Shown here in pieces: positions 1 to 12,527 of a DNA stretch of 64,000 nucleotides (the stretch's first letter is position 1; each line of letters starts with the position of its first letter). The position numbers were made by a program, and so were the translations under genes. Source of the stretch: Chrysomallon squamiferum (lineage: Eukaryota > Animalia > Mollusca). Under the pieces are notes generated by a model, which saw only the letters and a program-made list of their open reading frames with translations, was not told where the DNA came from and did not search any database. The DNA is taken from contig CM022670.1 in NCBI GenBank assembly GCA_012295275.1, positions 5,456,001 through 5,520,000 on the forward strand, given 5' to 3'.

Positions 1-870
1 ATAACCACAAGTAAGCAAATACAGCGAGTGAGACTGTCCTCTTGCTGCATTCATCTTGCAATTCGAAACAGTCAGGTGGTAACAACAACTGCCCAGTTTC
101 TTTTTTTGTCACTGCGTATTTGTTATCCTATTTAACAATGTTCTCATGAAATTAAATACCTTTTGAATGTAAAGGGATTTCAAGCTGGGTATTTTATTTG
201 TTTGTTTTTGTTGCTGTTGTTTTTTAAAATACAGCATCTCTGAGGATACCAAAAATATTAACATTTTAAAAACTTTTACTGATTTCCAAAATGACAACAC
301 TTTTACGAATAAAACTGAACATTTCTATTTTATATAGATCTACTTTATTATGAAGTAATACCAAATATAAATACAAAAGTAAAATTGTTTACCATTACTC
401 AACTGTAACATTTCTATTTTACAAAAATATTATTATTATATATATTAAAATTAAATATTAAATATGGAAAAAACTGAATCAAAGATAACACAGAAATTAA
501 TAATTCAATCTTTACTATATTTCAATAGTATTATCAATATTTTGGTCCAGACTATTAATCATTTGAAAACCCAGCTACCACTCAATTATTATCACTTTGT
601 AAAGCATTTGTCTATGAGATTGCTGCCTGTCATATGTCAATCATGGGCTGTGTCCTAGGTAATATCCCAATGGGGACCTGATCCTTAGACCCTCCATGCT
701 TTGGGGGACAGCTGTAAACACTAACCTGTGGCCAGGTCTTACTAATAAAAGGAAGGCAAGACATAACTAGAGTAATTTATGCAACTGAGTCAAGTGTTCT
801 GACATTGGGCTCAGCAGAAAGTTATCAACTCATTTAATGTCATATTGTGACAGATGCGTAACCAACTCAC

Positions 871-1011
871 TGTTGTGATGTGAAAAGGGTTCCTGTAAAA
901 TTCCCTGAAGGAATGTTTTACTTTCTCCACTTGTGCCGGGAGAATCCATGCTGAGCAATGCCTCTGCTGCCACCTGTCGGCCATGTTTCTGCTGCTGTTC
1001 ACAGGCATCCA
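871..1011 (-). CDS. ELF2: E74/ELF-family ETS transcription factor, shared internal exon (gene continues left of the window; ETS domain not in window)
   Basis: Acceptor tttcag at 1012, donor A|GTGAGT at 870; 141 nt, phase 1 to phase 1. Encodes DACEQQQKHGRQVAAEALLSMDSPGTSGESKTFLQGILQEPFSHHN, matching the recalled ELF1/ELF2 motif EAAEALL(N/H)M(D/E)SP. The symbol marks the family; an invertebrate gene would be co-orthologous to ELF1/2/4 and Eip74EF. Confidence 0.88.
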
Positions 1012-1212
1012 CTGAAATAAATAAACAGTTAAAATAATAAAACTGATAATATATCCAAAACAATTTTGAAATCTTGCTACAAGTCTTGTGGGGAAAAAAA
1101 AAGAAAAAGAAATAACAATACAAAATTAATAATAATATAAATAAATGTATTAATTAAGGTATCTTTGATTTGCAGATGTTACAATAACCTAACATAACAA
1201 ATTTTTATCAAT

Positions 1213-1280
1213 GGAAAAGAAAACAGCTGTTACCATCACATGCCAATAAGTTAACAGCAAGGGATCTTTTATCTCTCAGA
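1213..1280 (-). mobile_element. SINE core fragment
   Basis: AACAGCAAGGGATCTTTTAT block shared with the 26.8-27.3 kb SINE. Confidence 0.5.
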
Positions 1281-4200
1281 GCATCTTCATTCATACAACT
1301 ATAATTTGATACCATTCATGAAAATTTTCTATTTACTGTATTTTATTTATTTATTTATTTAATTACATGGGCTATTTCTGTCTTCAGTGCTTTGACTGTA
1401 AGTAAAACTCTCCACATCTGATGCAGTTTCATGCAACTTTCTTATAAACTGATTCTACAATAGCTGTATTTTGTGATGCAAGTAGCATATATCTTTAATA
1501 AAATACTTTCAGTGCAGATACATAATATATACTTTGTGTAAGATATTTTACTATTTGTCAAAATGTTTATATTATCTAGCAGTGCCAGTATAGATTAAAA
1601 AAAACAACAAAAAAAACATCATGACGAAACAAACATGCACTGAAATGAAATTTGTTATCTATGGTTTCTCAGATAATATTTTAACAAAAGAAGTAAATAA
1701 AAAAAACACAGAAAGAAATTAAAAAGATTTCAGACAGAACATTTCAAAAGAATCTTCGAGAAACCTCCACAAAAAAACCCTTCATTATAAATAAATGAAT
1801 CTATCAGTTCTATAGTCAACAAGGGAGAAAAACAACTTCAAATATATCTATTTTTGTCAAACAGTTTAATAAACATCAGTATGAAGAAACAGGTAAGACA
1901 GGTCATTGATATAAAGTGGACCACAGATAAAATTCAATACAGTATCTAACTACTGACAATCACATGTCCACTTTAATCTGGCCTCTATCACTGGCAAATC
2001 TCCAAAATCACAAGTCGGAGCATGTTTAAGAAATTACATTTCCACCAGCTAGGCCTTTTTTTTTTTTCCTTCTTGGTCTTGATGTTGCATGTATTTTGAT
2101 AAGCGGTATAAATGATCACCACCTATCCACTGTCTATTTAGGACACAAAGTAAACAGCACATGATAGATAGCATTTGGTATCACAGGACAACTGCTTCAT
2201 AAAATACCTAATGGAAAATTTTGAAAATAAAAAACAATTTTAAATAATAAATCAGGTTTGCAAATTTGAGACATTTGTGTATTTTTTATACCATAAAAGA
2301 CCAAATATCAATGCTTTCATTAAAAAGATGTCACACCCATTTCAGTAAATTCTCTGAAGCATAGCCTCTTTAGAGTCATTTTATATTTTTGTATGGGAAT
2401 AGATTTGTATATTTTCTGTATTTTCACCAAGTACATTGTACATAAGCTGCTTTTAAATACACAAAGATTATACTTCTAACCTCCCCCCACCTGCACCAAG
2501 CACAGTTTTCCCAACAAGCAACTTTTGTCAGGCTATGGAGGGAGAGCGGGTCCAGATAAGAAGGGTCAACCCAGACTATGGGAAGTGGTAGAAGCTTTCT
2601 CATTTCCTCTTCCATATGTGACCTCAATATATAAGCTTGCACAATAAAGTGTGGACAATTAACTTTACAACATCATCCAGTTCTTGTATGTGTCGTTTTC
2701 TGTAAAAATGTCTTTCTATATTTCATTTAATTTAACTTATTTTTCTATTTTATTATTATTATTTTTTAATGTAATTATTTATATTTTTACTATATTATTA
2801 TTCTTATTATATTAATTGTTAATTTTTTTTTAATATGATTAATTAATTAATTAATTAATTTATTTATTTATATCAGTAATAACTTAATATTAAAGTTTGT
2901 GATGTCTTTGTACAAATATTCACACAAATGTTCCCAGAGTACCAAAGAATATATCTTTGAAAATAGAAGCTATGGCTTGGTACACAATTAACCACAACTA
3001 TTGATTTCTGTTGCTCTAAATATCCCTCACTTCTCAGTCATTTTCTCTAACAGAGAAATCTATATCTGACTACAGAAAATTATATTTCTTGTAGGAATAA
3101 GATATAGGGGAGAAAAAAAAAAGTAAAGAAATCAGACAAATTTAATCAGTTCAGAACAATACCTAAGAATCAAAAAGCTCATGTTACAAACTTTCATTTC
3201 AAATTCTGATTATTTATTTTGTGGACAGTTTCTTTTTTTAAAAAGGAAGCCTTTCATGTTCAGTTATTTTGTATACATTCATATATTTAAATGCAATCTT
3301 TTTTTTTTTTAAATATCGTCTTTCACAGGAAAATGACTGGCATAAAACTCAATATATGTTTACAGTTTTTGTGGGGATTTTTAAAAAAAGAAAAAGAAAA
3401 AAGATTATACAAAAACAGCTACTTTAATCATTCTGAAATCAACCAGCTAAGCAAAACTATCAAAACATTAAACATTTTACTTTACTATTCAAAACAAAAG
3501 ATTTAAACAAGAATATTTAAAAACACATATATAAAATAAATATATAAAAACAAATTTCAATTTTCAAAAGATAAAATAATAATAACAATAACAACAACAG
3601 ACAAACAAGACAGAAAAAAGATATATATATATAAAATTGAATATTCTCAAATTTCTACAAAAAAAAAAAAAAAAAATGAAACCAAATTCTAAAAAAAAAA
3701 AAAAAAAAAAAAACGTTTTCCAAACAAAAATGTAAACTAAAAAAAGAAAAAAAAAAGTTTTATGTGTTCAGACTTGCTCAGGCTGCCACGTAAACTTTCT
3801 CAAATGTCGGGGAGACTGGAAACAGCAAGTCACTTATCTTATGTGTCCTTGTTGAAACCTGTTCTACCATTAACTTTCATATCTACTCCACACAGGCCAT
3901 AAATGATAACACAAATTATGTTCCATAACAACTGATAAATGTTAAAGTTACCAGCACTTTCAGTCAATGGGGCGGCTGGCTGATCCATTTCTCAAAAAAT
4001 ACATTTTCTTAATTATTAATAATTAATTAGTAGCCGATCTTTAATTTGAATGACTAAATCATTAAATGAAAATGCATTTGTTTTGTTTACAGTTTTACAA
4101 TGCAGTCTGATCATTTTCATTTAAACTGTATTATTTTTATTTATTTATTTTTTTTATTATTAATGTTTGAAGAAAACAAGTAAGAAAATGAAATCATTGA

Positions 4201-4569
4201 ATTAAATAAAATTATTGAACAGATTTTTTAGTGTAGAAAAACAATTTAAAAAGGTTAAAAAAAATGTTTTCTCCATATACCAATTTCATTCAAAGTGAGG
4301 AAAATGGTTTGTTACCAGAAATTTAAGTACTTGACAAACTTTATCGAAATGAAAAAATGTATAAGAACCAAAACAAAAAATAAAGAAAATAAATAAATAA
4401 ATAAAACAACAAAAGATGGTCTGATTATTGAATATTTATAAAATATTTTATTTTAATAAATTCTTTTTCTTTAGGGAGAGAAATTTTCAAACTGTTTCAA
4501 AACATGCTTCAAAAGTTCCAAAATACACAAAATTGCAGCAAAGGTCTCCAGCAAGCCAGTAAGTGCACT

Positions 4570-4760
4570 GTCACATAACAAGTGACAAAACGGGAACCGT
4601 ACCCAGTAACCCGCACTTGCTGTTTTAACATCTTTGCTTACACGTGAGCAACAAACGGAAGATGTAAAGTTGACCAAATCCACCACCGTCGAATATCTTT
4701 CTCTTTCCCAATGTTTGGCTGCTTGATGCCCGATACTCAGCTCGCAATGGGGAAGTATTC
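4570..4760 (-). promoter_or_regulatory. CpG-rich intronic element, possible enhancer or additional proximal promoter of the ELF gene
   Basis: CpG cluster in CpG-depleted surroundings, E-box CACGTG at 4641, CGGAAG ETS core near 4656, possible minus-strand donor GG|GTACGG near 4601. Confidence 0.35.
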
Positions 4761-6383
4761 TTGTGTAAATGTTTGATCAAAGGCACATTGCAAGACACAA
4801 GACCAGTTGTTTGTTTTTTATTTCTTTTTTTTTTAAATTGTTTTCTTCCATGCCAAATTCCTCAACAGGCAACAGTAACAGAACAAGAGGAAAAAACAAA
4901 ACATGTAAGAACAAACAAAGAAGTGCTATTAATAAAATTGCATGTGGCACATGACGTTATTGTTTCTACAAAGATATCAGTTTAGATTACAAAAATGGCA
5001 CTGAATGTTTACTTTACTGTTGCAATACATCATCTGATGAAGCTGAATAAAAATTTGTGACATGCAGAGATAAATTAATTTCATTATTTTTGTTTTGTAA
5101 ACCATCTTTGCAGCATGTCTTGCATTAAGCTAATTAAACCAGTATTACACATTTCTTACATTTGCCAACAGAAAAATGTACATGTATACTACTAATATAT
5201 CTTACACTGAAGAATTTCTTTTATTTTTTTATTCTTCTCTAGTTATATTACATATTTACATTGTTAGCTACTCTTCTTATTTTAATATTTCAGTTAATCT
5301 TTTCTGTGCACACATTTTATATTCAACGTGGGGTGGAACAACATAGGCCTATTATTATTATTTACAACAGTGTATTAATAGACACAACATAAGAGGCGGA
5401 AGCTCTTACAAAATAAAGATAGAAAAATTACTTTTTGTCTCCAGGCAGAAATGCCTGGCTGCCATCACTATCAAGAAAACGCCCTCGGTCAGTGTCTTAT
5501 CTACTTCTCAGATGTGTCACCCATTTCCTGGTGCATGACACAATATGTCAACAATTGCTTTCCTCACCAGTGGCAGGTCAATTAAAAACAGTGCGAGACA
5601 GGGAGGTAATTTAGTATTCTATTCCCACTTCTGGGTGCCCACAATTTGACATTTACTACCAATTTGGACTATTTGCCATTTCCGTCTCACTATTAACAGT
5701 GCTGGTATACATACTTATGTGAATGTGTGTGTGTGTTTGGGTGTAACTATTAACATACAACACGCATAATACATAAACTAAAAGACATGTATGTATAAAC
5801 ACCATATAAATTAAACACAAGCAATTTTCTAGATTTGAAAATTAAATTTAACTATGCACTGTAAAGAGTCAAAACACGTTATGGCCAATCCAGTACCAAA
5901 ACTTAAATTTATATGTTTCTGTTGGATATAATTATTAACATTTCACTAACAAATAAAATCTGAATATATAACTTCACAGACTTTATTTTTTATATTAGTC
6001 TTACATTATGACTAAGTATATATATATACATGCATTGGCTATGCATGTCTGAGGGACAATATCCTCTCACAGTACTTTGTTCTCAGAACAAAAAAACAAT
6101 AAATTACGTACTACAGAATAGCAAACTGTGTGTAATCATATATTGTAAAAGAGGACAAAAGAAGATTAAGAGAGGTAAAAGTTCACTGGGTGTCTTTCTA
6201 ACTCGTATCAATTGACATAACATCAAAACAGAAACTATATCATTATATGAACATACTATAATATTAAAGCTATATCAAATTCAGAATGATACACAGTATT
6301 GACTTTATCAAGATAAATATATTTCTGATTAGAACTTGAAGTCAGATACAGGTAAATAAAATTAATATATATTGTGAATTTAG

Positions 6384-6421
<38 letters not shown>

Positions 6422-7580
6422 CAAATGAAATGACAATGTATTTTCTGTCTCTGTGTGCAAGCAATTATTTCTATCATGTTGTCTGTACACATGTATGTGT
6501 GTATGTTTGTGTGTATTGTATATGTAACAAAAAATAATCAGCATTACAAAGACGAAAAATAAAATAAAATATAGAAAACAAAAAAATCCCACTTATTAAA
6601 ATGTTGGTTCTAATTAGCTGTTACAACACCACCAGATAATATTTCTCCTCACTATAAAAGACTGTAGTGAGCATGATAACCAAGTATCCAAAGGCCACAT
6701 ACGGTATCAGGCCATGTATGCTGAACCAGAATTAATTATTTTATTAATGAATGACATTTGAGAACTAATATTAATGAGCTTACTTAACTGTCTGATATAA
6801 GATTTGTACGAAAAAAAGTAAAAATTCAGTTTAACAAATCGGTGGCATGAATGTGCATGCAGAACAGGCCATTACATGTAAGAAGCTGATCAAAATGTAA
6901 TAATTAAATGTGGTAAAAACAACAAAATAGATAAACCTATTTTATGTTTATATATAAAATAAAATAAAATAAACAACAAGCAAATCTTTTTTGTGTGTAA
7001 TATAATAAAAAACAGAAATGTTAGATGAAATAAGAAAATAAATAAATAAATAAAAGGAAAAGAAGGAAAAAGTATTTATTTCTGAAATACCACAGCACAA
7101 CAACAAAACAAACAAGAAAAGAAAAAAAGAAGAAAATGTGCTTGGAGTAAATGCTGAATGGATCAGTTTGCCAAACAAATTATCAACAGTGTTAACCAGT
7201 GTTGGCAGCTTTTCCAATATTGACATAAACGCATTGCCACAGCACCAAGCAAGCCACAGAACACCTCTATGCAGACAAACCATTTCACTAAGAGAATAGT
7301 CTGCATGTCTGAGCCACAACTGTGGCAAAATGTCACTGTATTACCAAATAACTTGATTTTAATATAGAAACAATATTGACTGAGAAAAAAAAATTAAAAC
7401 AAAAATTAAAAAATTAAAATCACTCATTTATATACATATATAAAAAGGCTGAAGAAAAAGAAAATGATAAAACTAAAATGGTATTATTGCTTATTGATTT
7501 TTACCATTTACCTTAAAAATTATTATAAAGAAGTAGTTAATTAAAAATATTTTTACTGTTTAGCTTCTAAAGTTTGTTTG

Positions 7581-7614
<34 letters not shown>

Positions 7615-10383
7615 TTTTTTGTTTTTAAATAAATGTTTTAAAAATCTCTGTTTAACAGAAATAAGATAATGAAATTGAGCTATATAATATACTACACCAA
7701 CATCAGCAATACTGATGATGTGGCCAAGGTGAAAGAGAATATTCAACAGCTGTAGGCTAAACCTCTCACAAAATTTCCTCCATTTAGAGAAGCCAGGAAA
7801 TTAGCTTTGTCAGTCAAATAAATTTTATAATAGTAGTAGCCACTTAAATAATAACTGTAGGTATAATAATGAATAATAATGCTGATAATAAAGTTTTAAT
7901 AAAAGGAACAATGGTCATAAATTAACAGTAGAAATCTATATGTACTATAAATATGAACACACACAGAACTAACATACAACATTGTCTCTTACTCCGTTAT
8001 TCTTTTTTCTCTTACACACTTTCTCATACATTCTTTCTCTGTATATCACATTGAAATAACCTTTCTCTCTAATTCCCATAAAAACAGAACACAGTCATAT
8101 TACCATAACCACAAGATGCACACAAACAAACACAACAGATATAAATGAAAATAAATATTCCTTATCTGTTATTGTCAAACGGCCTGGCATTTCACTCCAC
8201 CTTTCTGTACTAAACCACACAATACAAAACCTTTAGCTGAAGAACAGATTTATTCATTCAGTCATTATTCCTTTCAATAAACAAAAAAAGTACATTCCAA
8301 GGAGAGAACTCATTTTGATTTAGCAGGAAATGTTTTTATTTATTTATATTAAGTTACCCTTTTTCCAAACAACCCACCAACAAACCCACCACTATACCAC
8401 CACTTGCTGAATCATGTACATTCGGAGGAAGCCATAAACTGCGCCTTGAAAACTATATGATAAAATGTCAGGTCACAAAGCAAAGAGTGACCAGAAAGAG
8501 GAAAGAAATTGATAGCTGGCAAGCAGATGGCTGACACACTTGTTATAGGAGAAGACCATAACCCTCAGTGGAACAAGCAAGGCCAGCATGTTCAACAGGT
8601 GCCTGTATGCACAGAAAATTTAATTTGCTATCAACATTTTAAAGAAAGAAAGGAAGAAGGAAATAAAGAATGAGAAAAATAAAATATCTGGGTGCCACTC
8701 AAAGCCAAATATTGCCTTTAGAAAAAGAAAAAAACCTACTGTTTATGGGATAGTTTAAATTAATAAATGCTTCTAAACATTAAAACATTTCATTACATCA
8801 ATTAAGTTAATAAATAAATAAATAAATAATTAAATCCTTCAGTGGCTCAGTCCATGCCAGTATACTCAACAGATGATTTTATCAAAGTTTATTTTTAACT
8901 CTATGAATAAAACCACCAATAGACCTGATCAGCCAGAAAAGCAAACCATGGCAAGCACCCTTAAGCACTTAAAACCGGTTTTTGATCACTAGAACATTTT
9001 TAGAAAACAATAACAATATTACACAACATGAACAATGAAAACTGTATAACAAAACTGGTAATAAAGAAAAGAAAAGTAAAAAAAAAAAAAAAGAAAAAAA
9101 AGCAAGAAATAAATAAAAAAGAAAAAGAAAATAACCTCACACTAACAAATTTAACAGGTGTGCTAGGTGACACCTATGTATCGCTGTATATTCTGGAACT
9201 CATATTGTACTACAATCCACTTACTTTTATCTAATTCTATATAGCATATAGGTACAGTTATAATGTAAACTGTTTTAACTCATTCTTCTAATAAATAATA
9301 CATAATAAATTGATAATGATTTACACATAAATAACTAAGTATCCATTTCTTTTCTTTTTATTTTCCTGGTGTATTTTATTTCTGTTGTTTAAATTGTTTT
9401 CAGCATAAATTGACGAATTTAGTCTGGAGATAATGAATTGAGTTTGCAATACTTTTTATCATTAATGATATAGATAAGGCAGACCTTCCTTGGCTGCATA
9501 AACAGTTTCTGTACCAAAAGAAAACTATTAGTAACAGTATTACTTCATTACAAAATATAAAAACGGGGAAAACCGTTTCCGTATGACGCAGATTATGACT
9601 TTACAAAATAAAAAAATAGGTGTGTAACAACTGAAGGTTAAATAAACAAAATAAAATATGTAAGGCAAATGTTTGAAATGACTATATTTCAAAATCCCTT
9701 ATTAGTTTTAAAAGTTTGAAATAACTAAAATGAAAACTACTGTATGTTTAAAATGATAAATATAATGAAAACCACTCAATTTTCAGGAGGATTAAATAAT
9801 GAAACCTATTAATGTTTGGAATGACTAACTTTTTTCATAGACATGTCACATTCAATGATTTTAATTTGAAGATTTCAAAACCTTGTGTTGTTTTAATGTT
9901 ATCCAAATTGACAATGCATTTCACATTTAACATGCACAGAACCAGCTGTAGTAGTAATAATAAATATGGAGTTAAGAGTCTACTTCAAAAATGTTTGTCA
10001 TTTATTTTAATAATTTAGTTTTTAAAACATTTCTTCTTTTTTTTTTGCATCTGGTATATAAAAATAAAATTTTTAATTTAAAAAAATTAAAATAATTTTT
10101 AAAAACAAAAAAGAGAAAATACATAGTATTTAGTTATAAAAAGAAAATTAGCATACATAACACTGAATTATCTTTAAAATCTATTAAACATATTCCATAA
10201 TTTTTTTTTGAAAGCTGAGTAGATTTTAGCAGCATTACAAACACTTTTTATTAGTAAAATAAATATTTTAAAACAAACATATAAAACAGGTAAATTATTT
10301 ATAGAGAAAATAAAATTTTGTCGAAAAATTGTTTATACATAAAAGTAACTCCTAAAAAGTCTGTATGAAACAAAACTACTTAC

Positions 10384-10699
10384 AGTAACGTTTAAGAAGA
10401 TGTTTCTTGTATGTACCACCACCTAAAAACCGTGGTTGATCCTGATCACTAGTGACACTACCCTGACTTGAGTACTCATCTGAGGAATCATGGCGAGTTT
10501 TACGCATGGATAAGTCTAGTACAGGGTCAGAATCAGCACCCGGTTGGGTACAAGAAATCATCAGTGGTGACAACTCCATTCTTTCTTTCTTAATGAAGTT
10601 TAAATCCACATATGGTGAAGTGTTCAAGAAAGGTTCCATGTTCTCTCGTTTGATACAGTTTAAATCCAGACAATTCATATTATAATCCATACACTCCAT
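10384..10699 (-). CDS. Eip74EF: E74/ELF alternative first coding exon, E74B-like N-terminus
   Basis: ATG at 10699, 105 codons + 1 nt, donor T|GTAAGT at 10383, phase 1, in frame with exon 871-1011 (KRY-L-DACE). Contains VLDLS and TYKKHLLKRY, matching the recalled Drosophila E74B PLDLS...AYKKSLMKRY just before the common exon. Confidence 0.85.
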
Positions 10700-10949
10700 T
10701 TCAAATTTGCTTTTTTTTAATTATAACTGTCTCCAAAAAAACTCTTATCCACACAAGTGGTCCATTAAGAAAGTAGGAAAAACAACAATAACAACAACGG
10801 CAGATAAAAACCAATCCAGAAATTTTTAACAAGTGTCAAAGCCTATTGGAAAAGTCTGACAAACAGCTGGTATTCCCTCCTCACTGAGAAAGCCGAGTTG
10901 TGTCAAGACAGAAAAACTCAAGAACTGTGTATGTATCCAGGGAATGTAG

Positions 10950-11240
10950 AGCGAGTGACACAAACACAGCACACTGTGTGAGAAGCGTCGAGCCCAATGA
11001 CTGCAAATGAATGTTGTCCTAGCCTGGCGACCAACCAACTCGGCAGTTCAGCGTCAATTCAGCGGAGCTGCGGATGTCCCAGCCAGACGTTACTGAGTGC
11101 AGAGTGTAGGAAGTGGATGAGCTCGGCTGCCGTACTGAGCCACGCTTTGTCTGTACCCTATGATGACAGGGTATGATAGGAAGTATGACCTGCTTGGCAA
11201 ATCTCTGTCACACAGAGGTCATGTAACAGCTGAGGTCACT
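10950..11240 (-). promoter_or_regulatory. Putative promoter/5' UTR of the E74B-like isoform
   Basis: Local CpG/GC enrichment upstream of ATG 10699; TCAGT initiator-like motifs on minus near 11092-11096 and 11134-11138; AGGAAGT ETS cores at 11108 and 11178; nuclear-receptor half-sites at 11186, 11216 and 11233. Confidence 0.55.
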
Positions 11241-12496
11241 ACTGGCCACCTGATCTAGACTTTTAATAATAACTCCGTCTCAAAACACAGAGATGTGTTC
11301 AAACAACAGTGAGTCTGTTATTATTACTCTAGGGTTTTACAGAAATAACTGGTCCATGACTGTAAACAAAATATATCTATGTAGGTAGCGAAGCATATAG
11401 AAAAAGATTTGTACCTTGAGAAGTGAATATGGGAAATGATATTTTTGTAATAAAGCTCGGATAAGCTATAAGCAGCTGGAGGCAGTAAGACTGGATCACA
11501 TGACCTATTATATGAGTATATTTATCACCAAGTATTAGCCCCTGGCTGGCTGCAGATACTCTCTGCTTGATAAGGGTCAATCTGCTCTTTCACACTGGCC
11601 AGTGGTCTACAGTATTCTCACTACAGGGAATGAGGCCAAACAACAGGACCAGATCAAACCTGTAGAACAGGTCTCTCTAGTCAGGCTTTTGTATTATTAA
11701 AGCAAGGAATACAACACATACACTGCAAGCTCCAGTGCTTACCGGAACTAAAATAACTCTACAATATGCATGAATGCTCAACAGGAACAAAATTAATGCT
11801 ATACTGTCCAAGCCTTGAAAGCTTTTCATAAGGAAATGTTGTTTCGTTAAAGGTGTGCTTGGCAGGTAATCGACCCAACCGCCCTAGTTTTACAAAAGGT
11901 TATATCAGCTATAGCAAGCAGGCATTGAAAGCTTGCGTCAGTAGCTCACGGGCAGTCGTAAACAAGTTGCAACCTACGTCAATACACAAAATGAACTGTA
12001 ATTCAATAGTGTCCATACAGACTTAGTAGGTTTCACCCACTCATTGAAGTTTCCTTTCTCTCAAATTTATATCATTCATTATTCAACAGACTAAGAGCAA
12101 TTTTGAAAAGAATTCCTTTTACCCAAGTCTTAAAACCAACTCTGTACTGCAGGTAATTCAACTTTTTATCATTAAATCCCAAAATATGAAAAACATGTTT
12201 GTTTGTTTGTTTACTGGTACTTGTATGTACATGTGCATATCTGTGCAAGTTTAAAAGCAAATGATCAATGAATTGGCTATATTTAGTTTTTAACCTTTAA
12301 AAATAAAAAATTCTTTATTTGTTTTATTACTTTCCATCTGTTTAGTAAAATTATTTGCTGCATAAATAGTACAATACTTTTTATTTTATTTATTACAATA
12401 AAAACAAAATGCTTAATGTAGTTCAAGGATGACTGTTTTTCTCAAGAGGCATAATATTATGAATATTTAACATCAAAATTCTGGTGGAAGAAAGAA

Positions 12497-12527
<31 letters not shown>

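Noticed and set aside
1-127. Open minus-strand frame DNKYAVTKKETGQLLLPPDCFELQDECSKR as the next ELF exon
   Set aside because: The best acceptor is in the wrong phase, the phase-compatible one lacks a pyrimidine tract, there is no clear donor and no recognisable homology.
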